Part shown: in pieces, positions 20,354 through 34,963 of the stretch
How the letters are laid out: each line of letters opens with the position of its first letter
Numbering within the stretch: the stretch's first letter is position 1
NCBI GenBank assembly: GCA_002104905.1
Contig: MCFE01000482.1
Coordinates: forward strand, 1 to 64,000
Source: Basidiobolus meristosporus CBS 931.73
Taxonomy: Eukaryota; Fungi; Basidiobolomycota
Direction of reading: 5' to 3'
DNA length: 64,000 bases
Translations under genes and position numbers: made by a program
Notes under the pieces: model-generated
What the model was told of the DNA's origin: nothing
The model's input: only the letters and a program-made list of their open reading frames with translations
The model's database searches: none

Positions 20354-23300
20354 ATGTCCACCTTACCGGAAGACGCAACTTCTTGTGAGGCGATTACTCG
20401 TTCTTTAAGGTCGACCTCCCTTTCCTACGAAGAGAAATTGGATTTGGCCAAAGGCGCTTGGTCTTCAAACGCGGTGTTTCCACATAAAAATGAGTTCTTT
20501 TTAGAGTGGTGTTTGAACACTATGGTCAAATCGTCTGGAAAAAACTCCACGTATGTATTCTAGGTTTCGGACTCTCGCTCACTTTGTTAGGAAACTAAAC
20601 CTTGCCGTGCAACGTAGTTCTAGCTCGCCAGTTCAGAATGTTGGATATTGGACGTTTTTGAATGAGATCTTGAAGACTTCGTTTGCACATTCGGTCGGAA
20701 TCGCAGGTGGCTTGAACCTGATCAATCCAGCTGTCATTCTAAAATCTCCGTTCATTCCACTCTTTGTGAATAGTCTGGGTGCAGTAGATAAGGATAACGA
20801 TCCCGGATTGGTGTTCGAGATATACAAGGTATTCGATCTACTGGTGAGCACCGAGCTTGTAGATAGCTTTAAGCCAACTTTGGAACAACTCAGCTCTTTG
20901 CTCCAAGTTTGCTTGAGTAACCTGGTTAGTGCTCACGGTAACGACCAAAAGCTGGAGATTCTAGAAACATATGTAAGGCTCGGAAACGCACTTACTGCCT
21001 TTGTCTCCAAAAGTATGACAGGGAGTGCCAACCAACGCAAGGTAATCATAATTCCCAACTCCATCAACTGTACATAGACTCATTCCTTTTCATCAGGTGT
21101 TCACCATTGTCACTGGAAAGCTGTTTTCTCCATTGCTACAAGTGCTTGATATCACACAGAACCGAGCTGAGGAACCTTACCTAGAACTCTACACAAGCAT
21201 AACATCGTTGTTGAGATTCAGTCTCTTCCATTTGGACTATATCATGGATTATTCGACAATTCTACCTTACGACTCGACCAAGAACTCGGACAAGTCCAAT
21301 CGAGGAATTCAAAGTTATCAAAAGCAATTATTCGATCAAATCCATGCTTTGGTTAAAAAGTCGTCGACCGTAGACTCCCTATACGGTAACCTAGATAAGC
21401 ACCATTGTTCTTGGCTCATTTTTCTAACGCACATTCATAGTGTATCGCTCTTTTCCCGTACTTTTCGGCTACTTCATTGAGAATTGTAGACGGAAGCAAA
21501 AGTCGCTGACCTCAACTAGTTCCTCCAAGGACAATAGCAATCTGGCCGAAGTGGTCAGAAGCATGGAGTTCGCTTTCTTTTTGGAGTTTTACAAACTAGT
21601 GGAGAAGTCTTATTTGGACTCGGTACAGTCTGGTAAATGCCAGGGAACTGGGGAGACCCAAGAAGTGTTGAACGATCTACTACAATTGTTGTTGAAGCAT
21701 AACGTATACCACCTGACCAACGACAAGATCTCAGTGCAACAATACGAAATGCTGCAGCAGTCGATGGAGAACTTCCTTCAGATGTACAAGCTGCAGCCAG
21801 AATCCGGAGTTCTTCAAACTGGGCTGTTCAAGTCATGTGATATACTTTTACAGCTGGATAACCGAATTATCGAAAAGCACCTGGAAGACATCTGGAAGCT
21901 GGCGCTCAACCCTCTACACGACTCTTTCGAGAACTGCAAAGAATTTGCCAAGAACCTGATGATCACCTACGCCAAATCCCGACAACTCGACGCTTATGTT
22001 AGCGGTCTTTTCAAAGCTCTGCGAGAAATCGAGGATTCCAGCTCCATCTTGGACACGCCAATTTTCTCCAATGCACTTTTGGAAGAGTTTACCAACGCCG
22101 TAACTACTCTACCCAACGCTCAACACCAAGAGATCTTGGCTCTCTTTTCCGCGGAGCTTGCAGAGCACATTGCCCCAGCAAGCGATGCAGCACCTGCCAA
22201 GAAGAGGAAGACTGGCAACAACACCAGTCTTGATATTGAAAATCGCCGTTCGATGGAACCACTTGGAATCTTGATGAGCAGATTCCTCAAAGGGGTAAAG
22301 AGCGATAACATGGCCAGGAAAAAGCTGGATCCCGGATTCACAAAGGTATTCCAAGGATTTGTCTTGCCGACACTCAAGTCCTGTGCCGAGCCCGATAGAC
22401 AGTTTTCTAGTGGCTACTTATACCCAGCCTTGTTTCTTCATCAATCCATTTGCGATGTGTCCACCACGTATTGGGCAGAGTATTCGACAACCGAGTGGAT
22501 CCTGGAGATAGCGGATTTACTAGAAACTAGATGTGGAGATGAGCCTAGAGTCCAGCTGTTCTTGGTAAGTTTTTGAGCAAGCGAGTCTGTTCAATGTAGC
22601 TTCTAACATGTTATGATAGTGTGTATTGCTTTTGCAGCACGTCGAGCGCTTGGCATCGACTCCAGGGGATCTCACCGGTGCTGAATTAACCACCATATGC
22701 GAGGGATTGATCGCCCGTGCATTAAATATTTGCCACTTAGAGTCAGCTTCCTTGGACTCGACTTGGGACGGTAGCCTGGGCCATCTTACCGATGCCAATC
22801 TCCCGGTTGCCTATTACAAAAAAGTCGTTGGTGACTGCTTCGAGGTCGTTGGCAGATACGCTCGCAAGGAGCAGTTAAGAAAGCTGCTAGCATTGCTGAT
22901 CAAAAGCTATATTTCTTCGGATGCTCGACCAGACGATCACAGCTTTGGATTCAGAAACATCACCGTGAATTTACTGAACACCGCACAATTCTTCGAGCTG
23001 GTGCCTGTGAAGGAGTGCTTCTTGGAGGTTTTCCTAGAGATCCTTGAGCACAAGTTCAGCCAAGATTTCGACCAGAACATCGAAAAAGACCCTCAACTCG
23101 TAAAGAATATTGCCAAGGCACTTTTGGATCAGCGCTCGTCAAAGCGGGCTTCGCGCGTACACATGGAGGAGTATATCCGCCTCGAGGAAATGCTGAACCT
23201 CTTCCCTGGCGAATATTTCGACAAGCACGATAGAGACAAGATAATCCTAGCATCCCTGTATGTAGACAAAGTGTTTACCTCCGCCAGTAACATTGACGAC

Positions 23301-25312
23301 TCGCTGCTACACGGACCTCTTGCCACAAGAATCATGATAGAAAAACTGCTCGCTTTCCACATTGATGGGTCGGTTATTTTACAGGACTTCCAGCTGCTGA
23401 GCTATCTTCTTTCCACCGTCACCTGCGCGACCAAATCCAACACCACTGACGAGGCGGTCAAGAGAGTTACATCCTCCATTCAAAAGCTATGTTTAAGCAG
23501 AGTGTTCACTCTATTGACGAACAAGGAAACGGCCAACAAGTCTGTGGCTTATCTCAAGGACGCAGTGACTGCAATGAGTCAATCGGTGAACAAGCTCGGG
23601 GCTAATGAGAACGCAGAGACTTTACACTTGTATAACTTTGTTTATTGCTACACGGAATACATCGAATCCCATTACGCCAAAAGCATACAAGCCAACATCC
23701 CTACCGAAGCCATCCAATTCCTTCACAAATTCACGGTCCAGTTGGAGGACGCCATCTACCCAACCCTTGTCGACCTCAATGCACAGTTGGAGAAGCAGTC
23801 CCAATCTGGAGCCGAAATCAACTCCCTGATCAAGCCGATAGCCAGCGCAGAGTATCTGATCTATCTCTTCTGGGGTCTTTTGAAGTATCAGCGGGCAGCT
23901 GTTAGCATCCAGGCTAACCAAGCCAACAAACTGGTGTCTCTGATTTCTGTGGTCAAAACCCTTCCATTGATTGCCAACCGGCTGGCGACCGAGAAGACTG
24001 CTGCAGACCCTTCGATATCCACTCGATTCCTTCATGTGGTCTCCCATTTTCTGAACGGATTCTGCGGCATCGTATTTGATCTGGAGCCTGTCGTGTCGTC
24101 AGACACAGTTGCTTCCATCACTACATTGCTGGTGACGCTCAAGGAGATGACCGACGATAAAGGTACGTGCTAGTTAACCTTCTAAACTGCATCAACTAAC
24201 ATCAGCAACCCTAGACATCGCTCGAAAGCTCACCGAAAGCTTCACCAAATTGATCTCCAAATCGCCGCGGGAGTACACCGCGAAGCTGTTGGAGGCGTAT
24301 CTGGAGAAGATTGACATCTTATGCGCTGAGCAAAACACTAATGAAGTTGTCTTGAACACCATCAACTCCATCTTCACCTCCGTTGATCACAGTAAGCGGC
24401 AAATGGTCCCTCGCAAATGAACGTTTCTAACCATAATTCTCACAGCTCAAAAAAGGTCCTTCAGACGATTCATCCCTCGTCTGATCGGAAAGATCCTGCT
24501 GCTGCTTCAATGCACCACCTCGATTGGGCTGATTTTCGAGGCGCTAAATCTGCTGAAGAACCTGTGCTCAGACATAGTAAGTTCGCCAATGCTCTCCGTC
24601 TAGCTCGCATGTGATGACTAATCTATCTTGCCAGACACTGGAATATCGTACAAGTGACCTAGTTGGTGTGCTGGATTGTTTGAACCAACTCGGCTCGCCC
24701 ACGCTGGTCGGCAGACTGAGCGAGCCTCTGGATGAGGCCAAAGCCAATGCCATCTTCGATGGAGTGTATCATGTGCTCCTCAGTCTCGTGAAATCCAGAC
24801 GGGAGCAGTTGAGTGAAATCTTCCCCAACCTGACCGGCCTCTTGGGTCCATTGTTTTATTGCTTTGTCACCGAACACCAAACGGTCTCGCGTCGACAACA
24901 GACGAAATCGCTTAATACCCACGCGAAGGCCAAGCCCTTCTCCATCATCACCACTTTCGCCCCACTTTCCGATCTGGCCGCCCAGAACTTCGCTAGATTG
25001 GTGACCACCCTGTGCACTAGACCGACCAACCAGGCAGGAAAACCGTCCACATCGACCTTCTTGAAGGCCTTTGGGAAACATGCGCCCTACCTAATCGCCG
25101 AATATTTGAGCATTCAGACCAATCCGACCGCGTCTATTTCCAAGCTGTCCATCAGAAATGCCATTGTGCCTGGACTGTACGCTTTACTCGATCTGTGCGG
25201 CGAGCACGAAAGAGATATGGTGATGGTGACCTTGGACCTTACTGGGAAGTCGCTGTTCAAGAACCTGTACAACGACTATCTGCAGTACCACAAGTACACA
25301 GGAAAAGCCTAG
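20354..25312 (+). CDS. URB2: Nucleolar pre-ribosome factor Urb2/Npa2 (multi-exon)
   Basis: Long helical protein ending FGKHAPYLIAEYL...GLYALLDLCGEHE...LFKNLYNDYLQYHKYTGKA, typical of the Urb2 C-terminal domain. Confidence 0.75.
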
Positions 25313-25947
25313 TTCCCCTGACCATATACATATTTTTCTTATATCGAAGGTCTGTTTCGAGGTCTGCTCAGCGAAATGAACCATGTTATTCAATAAGATA
25401 GACTTGCCTGCCTCAACGGTGCCTTTCAGTTTTGTAGAGTAGTAAAATAAATCTTGTTAAGCAAGGAACCATATCCACGAACCACACCATCCAAAGGGGG
25501 AAAATTTTTTGTGGGTTTTTAAGAAAAAAATTAAGGGGATCCCACCAAGATATATGCAACCAGATGACATTCACCAGTGTTGGAACGTTTCAATTTTCTA
25601 GCCCGTTGGCCCTTATCAATTCCACACCGGTGGTCAGTTTCGTTTTCTTTGTAGTTTTCGTTTTCGTTTTGAGTTTGGTTCCTGTTTTCACTGGGTATTT
25701 CTTCACCGAAACACATCGACTAATTCGGAGAGAGCTGCGGAGTCCACCAACTATTCGTCGTTTTCTCACTATGTCTACTTAAATTTTCCTTTTATTTCTG
25801 AGCTTATCTTTAACTTCTTTATTCTATACTCCAAGCCAAGCTATCCTTAGCATCTTGGCTTCCTCCGATCCACATTCACTTTTGCCTGCCTTTTTGAACC
25901 CCCTCCCCTCCCCTCCCCTCTCCACCTATTTGGAAAGTACTGTCGAA

Positions 25948-28900
25948 ATGAGCGCTAGCACCGACCAGTCCCCAAACGTTCAGGAGTTATTCAAGTAATC
26001 TATCCCTTCTCATTCCTAGCCGGTTTTGGGCAGTGTTTATGTGTGGATGCGAATATTAACCTTGATGCCTTGAAGAACCACTGTAGAGCTGGAAAAAGAG
26101 CTGCGTGCTGTTCTTCGCCAAAAGAGTTCCTTTCATGACGAATGTGTCATACTTCGCTCAAGGTAATGTCACCGAGTCGGCTAGGTCGTCGCTATATACT
26201 CATGCATGACCTTTCTGGTTAGAATCAAGACGTTGTACGAACAGATCGTATTTCTCGATTATGAGTTTGCCTCCATTAAAGAGGTCGAGATGAATTTATG
26301 GAAGACGGTGTTTTACAAAGTCATCGAGGACTACCGCAGAAAGCTGCGCCAAGTAAGTGTCTAGTGCTGTGCCTTGAAGTGAAGCCAGCGGCGTACTAAG
26401 TTTCCCATAGATCTCGGGGGAACGTACAAAATCTTCCGAGCTGAAGAGAGTCAAGAACTCCTTCCGCTCGTTTCTTCAGGAAGCTGCAGGGTTTTATGTC
26501 TTTTTCAAGCAAAGACTTGCCTCTGAGTTCCAGCTTCGTCTACCCCAAACACTCCTGAACAAGGCGCTTTTATTTGGTAAGCATCCGCTATCTCTCCTTC
26601 CCCACCTTCTCTGTTGATTCTAATCCCTGCTGTCAACCAAAAAACCAGATATCCAACCCGAAAGACTCTTGCCTGAGAAGCTTGGACGTAAGGCTCTCTT
26701 CTCGTATCAGCAATGTCTGATTTATCTTGGAGACTTGGGTACTGCTTTATTTTCAGCATTGATTTGTCACTCGTATTGCTAACTGGCTGATGTGCGTCGA
26801 TAGCTCGTTATAGGGAAATGTATGCGGATCGCCAACAGAAAAACTGGTCAGCCGCTATTGAATATTATAATGAGGCGCTGGCTCTGGCTCCTACCAATGG
26901 TATGTCGTCTAGAATTCTCCTCTACCCAGCAGATTGTTGATCGTAACCTTCTGTTGCAGGCAATCCTCACAATCAGCTAGCAGTCGTTTCCTCATACCTC
27001 GGTGATGAGCTAGGCACCATCTATCACTACTACAGAAGGTAGATGCTTCATTATCCATCTGTCTCTGTGGCTGGGCGTACTCACGTTTCCTCCTAGTCTT
27101 GTCACCCTGCAGCCATTCCTCACTGCAAAGGAAAATATCGATCTTCTGTTCCAGCGAAGCAAAAAGATGTACGAATCTTCGCCCAAAGCTAACGAGGATC
27201 TCGAGGGGTAAGCCCGATAGCATACAGTTTTGTGGAAAGGCTGTCTAATAGCTCCATGCTTAGTGTCTCCAATGGTGCCGAACGATCGTCAAAAAAGACC
27301 AACGCCGCGAATCAAGCGGCAGTTAAAGAATTTATCAAGGAGTATATTCATCTTCACGGTATACTCCACATGAGGGCCGAGTATGTCGATTTTCCTTAAA
27401 CCTTGCCGACGTGTTAAAGCCTGTGCTAATGCCATGTCTGTAGTGTGAACTCTTTCCCGACGTTTAAAGATTCGGTCATATCCAAGTACAGAGAGCTACT
27501 CGGTAACCGCTCGTTTGAAGCCAACCAAATCTTGCAGATTACTCTGATCAACATTGCTGCTCTTTACGTGTTCCGACACTACAAGTCCAGCTCCGAAGCC
27601 AAGGAGAAGGGCTCTAGTAGCGCCACGTTGCAAGCATCCCGGAAGGGTGTTTTGGAGCGACATCTCTACTTACTGATCATCGAAATGTTCCAAGTCATGC
27701 TCGAAGTCGGGTGCAATGTTTTTGATTCCATCGCTGCAAAGCAGGCCGAGAAACAAGCAACCAGAGATCGACCCGAGTTCCCTGCATGTGTTAAGCGAAT
27801 GTTACCGGCAACTCGCGTTACGCTCCAATGGATCCTCAGCAACCTCGACCTTTACCAGCCATCATCCACGCAAACCAGGAGGACTGCGGCAGAGCAGGAT
27901 ACGATCCACGCATTCTGGAAGAGCTTCGCCTCCTTCATGAATCACCTTCAGGTTAAATTCGGCACCATCGCCACCAACCATTTTGCCCTCTTGAAGGAGG
28001 ATTTCGAGATTCAAGGATTTATCGCCATCAAGCCCGAAGCCGACTCGGAAGACTCCCTACTAGTTCGTCCGAAAGTTCGATCCGCAAAGCGAAACCAAAT
28101 TCAGAGCGTTGTCCATGATCCACGACACCAAAGCACTAGTTGAGCGCCAGGTAGGTCCCACACTCGAATACTATCACATAGATATATAGCTAATCCATGC
28201 ACTCGTTCAAGTTGGTGCCCCTCAACTTTGATCCCCAGGAGCCCGAGCCATTTTCTTACTACGAAAGCAAAGAGTCTGCAGAGGAACCAGTGGTACCCGG
28301 AGAAGCGAGCAAGTCGCCTGACCCAATGGCGGCCGCTATTGCGAGCGTACCAGACCTGATTAGAAATATAACATCGTCCATGTATTCCTCTAGCCCAAGT
28401 CCTGGCTTTGGCTACGGATTCAAAGATCCCCAAGGGTCATCCGACGACGACGAGACTGAAGGCTCCTTGTTTGGTGGCCGCCAGCATCATAGCAGAAACA
28501 GTATCGTGGTTGGCTCTGGTCGCACTGGTAGGTCCTCGAACTCAACCCCCTACAACCAAAGCCCAGAAATCCACCATAATGTCTTCGATACCCGCACCGA
28601 CGCTCCTGTTGGCGTAAAGGCTCTGAACAATGAAGAGTCAAGCTCGGTGAATGGAGGCACATTCAACTTGTGGAACCAATATGGTCCAAACTCTGTTTAC
28701 GAAAGCCGTCGCTCAAGCTACAACAGCTCACCCTCCGTGGTCGGAGCCCCAATCGGCAATGGCTTTAATGGGGCCAACTCGATCAGCCCAGCTCCTGCCA
28801 ACAACAATGAGCAATTCGGCTACTCTCCCTTTCGCCAACCATCATGTAGTGAACAATATCGACGTGAAGCGCCATCCGGCCTCGGGATTTTTACTGGGGC

Positions 28901-29315
28901 GCAGCCGAAAGGGTTCAATCAAGGCGATAAGCCAGATGTCCAATCGAGCTCTCTCTTTTCCGGCACCACCCTGCCCTCTCGTGGTAGTCGCAACAACTCC
29001 CTCTCGCATCTAGGTCAAAGTGTGTATACCGAGCCGAAAAGAAGCAACTCATTATTTTCCGAATCCATTGGTGGCTTTAATTCGACCAATGCTTCCCCAA
29101 TGGAAGGACCATATGGAGGGGCCAACAAGTCGTCAGTCTGTCCCCCACCCGGCTTCAACCCTTTGGACTTCAACGATCGCAGACGCAGTGCAAACAGCGG
29201 CAACAACGAGAGCTACTTCGGCTATCCGACATACAACTCGCCTTCCATGGATCCTCAGAACCACCACTTCAATGGGTTCTTAGGCAATGGAGTCGCTACC
29301 GATCAGTATCGCTGA
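25948..29315 (+). CDS. EST1/SMG7-like 14-3-3-fold NMD/telomerase-associated protein (multi-exon; apparent +1 frameshift near 28070)
   Basis: Spliced motifs VEMNLWKTVFYKVIEDYR, CLIYLGDLARYRE, GNPHNQLAVV, YHYYRSL..QPFLTAKEN; Ser/Asn/Gly-rich C-terminus with no PIN domain visible. Confidence 0.85.
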
Positions 29316-29800
29316 GTGGGCAATTGATCAAACCATTGAATAACCAATTTCTGACTTGAATGTCCTCCGGCAACGCTCGGTGTTTTGAGACGGTCCCCGT
29401 TTTCAGCACGACCTACACCACGGTCACGGAAACGGAACTCCCCAGGCCGCATTCCTCATCGATACTTTCCTCATCCACCCGAAGTGCACTTTAAATCCCC
29501 CCCTCCCTCCCTTCCCCCCAAAAAAAGAATGTTGACGATCCCCGGTCTGTACGTGGCGACTCTGCTGCCAATCCATTTTTACTGTTAGTGTTGTGATGGA
29601 GGAATCAATCTTTATTCGCTTTCGAAGATGCACATGAATCCAGTCGACGCTTTGGGAATAAAGATTTCATGTTCACTTGTGTCTTGGGGATGGAATGTTT
29701 CGGTTAAATATGCAGTGAATGTTAGTAGCCTGTGGCCCGAAATATGCTATGGATGTGACAATGTGGGTGTTGACATGAAGTGGGAGGCAAGCGTATGTGC

Positions 29801-30247
<447 letters not shown>

Positions 30248-31124
30248 TCAGTTTTTTTCCACCATGCCCGCGATGTATTGTCATATCGTATCCTCCAAGA
30301 AATGAGGAGTCCCGGTAGTTGATTGGCTCAGGCAATTCAGTGGAGCTATGGGAATTTTAGGTGGCACAGGTTCGTCGGGTGGAACGTACCTGATCAAACC
30401 GGTTTCAACCGCTTTGAATTTTTCTTATTAACTGGTCAGTTTTGAGTTATTCTGGTTAACTGGTCAAGCAGCGATTGCCCTCCCTTCTCGACCTTGGGTG
30501 GCAAAAAGGCGCTTGGAAGCAGGCCAGGCGCAATCGCCATATCTTGCCAATTCCAACTAATCCCCCGTTGCGATAACCCCCAGTTTGGGTAATCAGGAAT
30601 CGATCCACAGAAAGATACGGAGAAAAAGATGGTGGTGAGCCGGTATTAAGGTCGTTATCTCCATTGGCCAGTGTGCCAGGGGATCAAACTAATGCACGAA
30701 AAAAGCATATCAGGGTGGAAATTCCCGAGAACGAAAAGCGTACGCCTTGTGATGAATCAAGTTCCCTTGGTATCATGGTAATATGCGGTAACAGCTGCTC
30801 TGAAGTTGGCCACTAAACCCTCAAATGGTATTCGTCTACATGCACGCCTGCATAACATACATAAACTACCTGCTTCGTTCGCATCAGGGGCATGGGCCTT
30901 GAAACAACCCACCAACAGTCATCATTCCAATGATTCAACACTTCATCATGATTATCGAATATATTTAGACAAGAAGCTCGGCAACCTCAATTGCATAGTC
31001 ATTGCCTATTTAAAACCATCACCTTGGCATCCTGGTGGTCATGAGCGTATATATATGGTTTACACTGGGCTCACGTGAAAGTATCCCAACACATCTATGA
31101 TATCCGATATCTCAACGCACCACA

Positions 31125-31188
31125 GCAGCGCATACATACAAACGTGAGCCAATCTAGCAGCGCATATATACAAACGTGAGCCAATCTA
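31125..31188 (+). repeat. 32-bp tandem duplication (2 copies, 1 mismatch)
   Basis: GCAGCGCATA(C/T)ATACAAACGTGAGCCAATCTA x2. Confidence 0.9.
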
Positions 31189-31740
31189 ACAGTGTTCGGA
31201 AAAGAATTAATTTAAGGTTCATGGTGGTTCTGCTGTTTCTCGCTGTGATTTCCGGATAGAGCGTTGAACCCCAAACATTCCCAATCCACATGTCGCCAGT
31301 GATTCAAGCATCTATCGCCATTGAGAAGGTGATATAATGATATCACCTATATATCGTCATTCTCGTCCTGAAATAAGTCATGATTTGCCAGAAATAGCTC
31401 CATTTCTGTTTGTTTAGAATGGGTATCGGTTATCTTGTTAATTGGTACATAGACAATGGCCACAGATGATTGGAAACAACTTACTGATTATATGTATAGG
31501 TGGTTTCAAACATTTCTCGACGCCCAATCATTACTATCGGGATCGACGTATGTGCTGAGATTTCACATAAAATAAACCTAAATCCCCTTGGGGACTTCCT
31601 GAATCTATACCTGCTGCCACTTGTCTAACCATTCTTTGAATCAGAGGCGCATCCCGTTAGCTAATTTAGTTCCACCTTTTCTGAGCGCAGAGTGAGCAGA
31701 GTCTATCACCCATTTTTCCCGCTTATTTCATTTCACAACA

Positions 31741-34429
31741 ATGTCCGACTCCAAAGACACAGCAGACAATATGCAAATCGCCTCCTTCGTATCTTCGTTG
31801 GTGTTCAACGTTGCCGTCGCTGGTGCGCTATACCTTGCCTTCGCCGTTTTGCGCCACAGCGATAGCAGCGTGTACGAGCCTCGCACGTACATGGTGGCGG
31901 AGGAAAAGCGCCCGCCCAAACTCTCCAGATCCCCTATATCGTGGATCACAAATGTGTTCAAAACGAAGGATCGGATACTGTTGCATCGTGTTGGCCTCGA
32001 TGCATACATGTTCCTGAGGTTCATGAGGTCGAGCTTCTTTTTGTTCGCCATCTTCACCTTTTTCGGCTACTGCATCTTACTTCCGCTGAATGCTGTCGCC
32101 CCCAATAAGGATCTGACGGAGATCCTGAAGTACGGAACCGGTAATGTGTTGTTGCACAGAAGACTTTGGGGACACATCGTTCTGAGTTTCTTGTATACGG
32201 GTAAGTTACACTCGGCCTGCTTTTGTTGTGGAAATTCATATTAACCGCTTCTCCATGATCTAGGCCTCACGTTATATCTGATATATCGCGAATCAAAGGA
32301 GTACGTTCATCTACGTCAGAGATATCTAATGAGCACCGAGCACCAGAACACCGTCATGGCGTCCACCATTCTTGTTACAGGGATCCCCCACAACACCAAC
32401 AACATCGAGACCCTGAGAGAAATGTTCGACGTGTTTCCTGGTGGGGTTCGGTACGTCTGTATCAACAGAAACATCAAAAACTTGGAAAAAGATGTCAACA
32501 AGCGAACAGGCCTCGTTGCGAAGCTTGAGGCGGCGGAAACCAAACTCATCAAGGCAAACTTCAAGGATCCTAGCAAACAGCCGACGCGACCCACCCACAG
32601 CACCAGTCTAATCCCCTGCTGTGGCCAAAAGGTGGACTCGATTGAACAGTACCGCGAGGAACTGGCCCAAATGAACCAAGTGATTACCCTAAAACAGAAG
32701 AACCTGGACCAGTTCCCTACGGAGTCGTCCGCGTTCATTACCTTCAACAACCAGCTTGCCGCTCACTTGGCTGCCCAATCCTTAGCACATAATAGTCCCT
32801 TGGCCATGGAAGCCAAGTACGTCGAAGTGAGCCCAGATGATATCGTCTGGAGTAACCTGAGCATGTTTTCCCTGGAACGCTCAATTCGCAGACTCATATC
32901 GCTTACCATCATTATTGCATTGGTCATTCTTTGGGTGATCCCGGTCGCATTCGTTCAAGGTATTGCCAATCTTGATAAACTGGTGGAGATATTGCCATTC
33001 CTCTCAGTTATCAACACATGGCCTGCCTCTGTGAAGGGTATAATTTCTGGTGTTCTGCCATCAATTGCCTTAGCAGTATTAATGGCGGTTCTGCCAATTA
33101 TCCTACGAATGCTGATCCAATTCGAAGGAACAGTGAGACGCACGGACATTGAGCTTTCTTTGATGAACAAGTACTTCTTCTTCTTATTCGTCAACGTTTT
33201 CCTCGTCACCCTGTTCTCCGGACCCATCTATAGTGTCTTTGGCAGAGGTAGTGATATCGCCCTTGATGCAAACACCGTGGTCCAACAGATAGCGCAAAAT
33301 ATACCCAAAGCGTCCGTCTTCTTTATCTCCTACGTTCTCTTGCAAACATTTATTGGATCCGGCAAGGAGATCCTACAGGCTGTCCCTTTGATTATACGCT
33401 ACCTCATGAGATTCGTGTTGGCGAGTACCCCACGTAAATTGAGCAATCTTGAGGCACTGCCAGGCTTTGTGTGGGGAACCGCGTTTCCTCAACATACGCT
33501 AATCTTTGTTGTTGGTAAGAATTTGCTGCTCAATAGGCATATAATAGTTACCGTTTCTAATTGATTTCTTGGTTGTAGGTATGGCCTTTGCCACCATTGC
33601 ACCAATCCTAATGATCTTCATTGCTGCCTATTTCGGACTGTACTATTTGGTGTACTCACATCAGTTTCAGTATGTGTATGGCAGTAACACCGCCCAAACT
33701 GGCGGCCTCTTTTTCCCACGTGCGGTGAATCACATGCTCACTGGGCTCTACATGTTCCATGTTTGTCTGATATGCCAGTTCTTCTTCCAAAAGGCTGTAC
33801 CTCAAGGCATCGTTCAGGTAGTGCTTCTAATCCTCACGGTTCTTATCCACCTATTCGGTAAGCGTGGGTTCAAACCGTTGCTGAAATACCTACCCTTAAA
33901 CATCGCCTTGGATCCAACTCCGCTTGGCCTTGCCGAGGGAAATAGCGCCCTTATGAATGGCGAGAGTGGACATACCGGATCTGAGAATATCGACCTAGAG
34001 AGACAAGGGTTCATTCAAGATCAGCAACCGATGCCGAACGGTTACCAGGAAAAGGGGGATCACGAGGCACATAACCAAGCATCGCCTACTGTGCCAAACC
34101 AAGACGCGAACATCGTATCGCCTAAAAAAGAAAAACTGGAAGCACCCGATTCCACGAGTACTACCCGATCCTCTAAGCGTAGACAAGCCTTTTCGTATTC
34201 TGTGCATGATGGCCAAGACGAAGCTTACCTTCACCCGGCACTAAGAGACCCAGTCCCTACCGTCTGGCTACCGCAAGACTCAGTCGGCTTATCCGACCGA
34301 GAGGTGTACTCATTAGATAGACAGGATATACCTGCTACTAATGAAGGTGCGCATCTTGACGAAGAGAAAGGTCATATTGTGCTCACTAAATTCGATGGTC
34401 CACCCACTGTCGCGGAGCCACAACCATAG
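31741..34429 (+). CDS. OSCA/TMEM63/CSC1-like (RSN1/PHM7 family) membrane channel (3 exons)
   Basis: VYEPR, GLDAYMFLRF, SAFITFNNQLAAHLAAQ, P.DIVWSNL, KYFFFLFVNVFLV, GGLFFPRAVNH, YLHPAL....P.VWLPQD. Confidence 0.93.
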
Positions 34430-34963
34430 AGAATCGCAAATGATACATGTATCTAATTAGTAATCTACCCATCATTTTGTAATAAAGACGATATAATACA
34501 GTACTGGCACCGGACCTCGTCTTACGTGGGTGGAGGTGGGCAAGGTGGAAAATTAAATGGCAGAATCATCGAGAACCGCGCAAGCCCATAAAAGGAATGA
34601 TGGGTTGCTAAGGAATCCAAACACGAGTGTTTTCCTGCCACTAAGCAAACATGAGGTTGGTTTTGTGAGGGGGGGGAATGGAATCGGCAACAGAAACAAT
34701 GACAGAGGTTCTCATTCGTTACCTAATTTGCTGAGTTTATAATATTAACTGTTTAACAAAATTCCCAAATATATCCGACACCATCCAAATCGATCAGCCC
34801 AAAGTAATGAGTCCTGGACACAATTTAGACTAAAAAGGCGAGGGTGGAAATAGAGTGAAAAGGGATTCGTTGAGTGCTGCGAGATCGCCTTAAACCACTA
34901 TTTCAGCGGGAATTTAGAAAAGTTTCCTCTCTGAGCTCTCTTTTCTTTTTTCACACAACGTCT

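Noticed and set aside
22109-25081. Many antisense ORFs within URB2 (and likewise in OSCA, SMG7-like and PP1)
   Set aside because: They have no motifs and are explained by codon bias on the coding strand.
25531-25782. Short ORFs with low-complexity FVFV/ENEN translation
   Set aside because: They come from a (TTTTCG)-like pyrimidine tract in the promoter or 5' region of the SMG7-like gene.
31125-31188. 32-bp direct repeats as a CRISPR array
   Set aside because: There are two adjacent copies with no spacer, the context is eukaryotic, and there are no cas genes.
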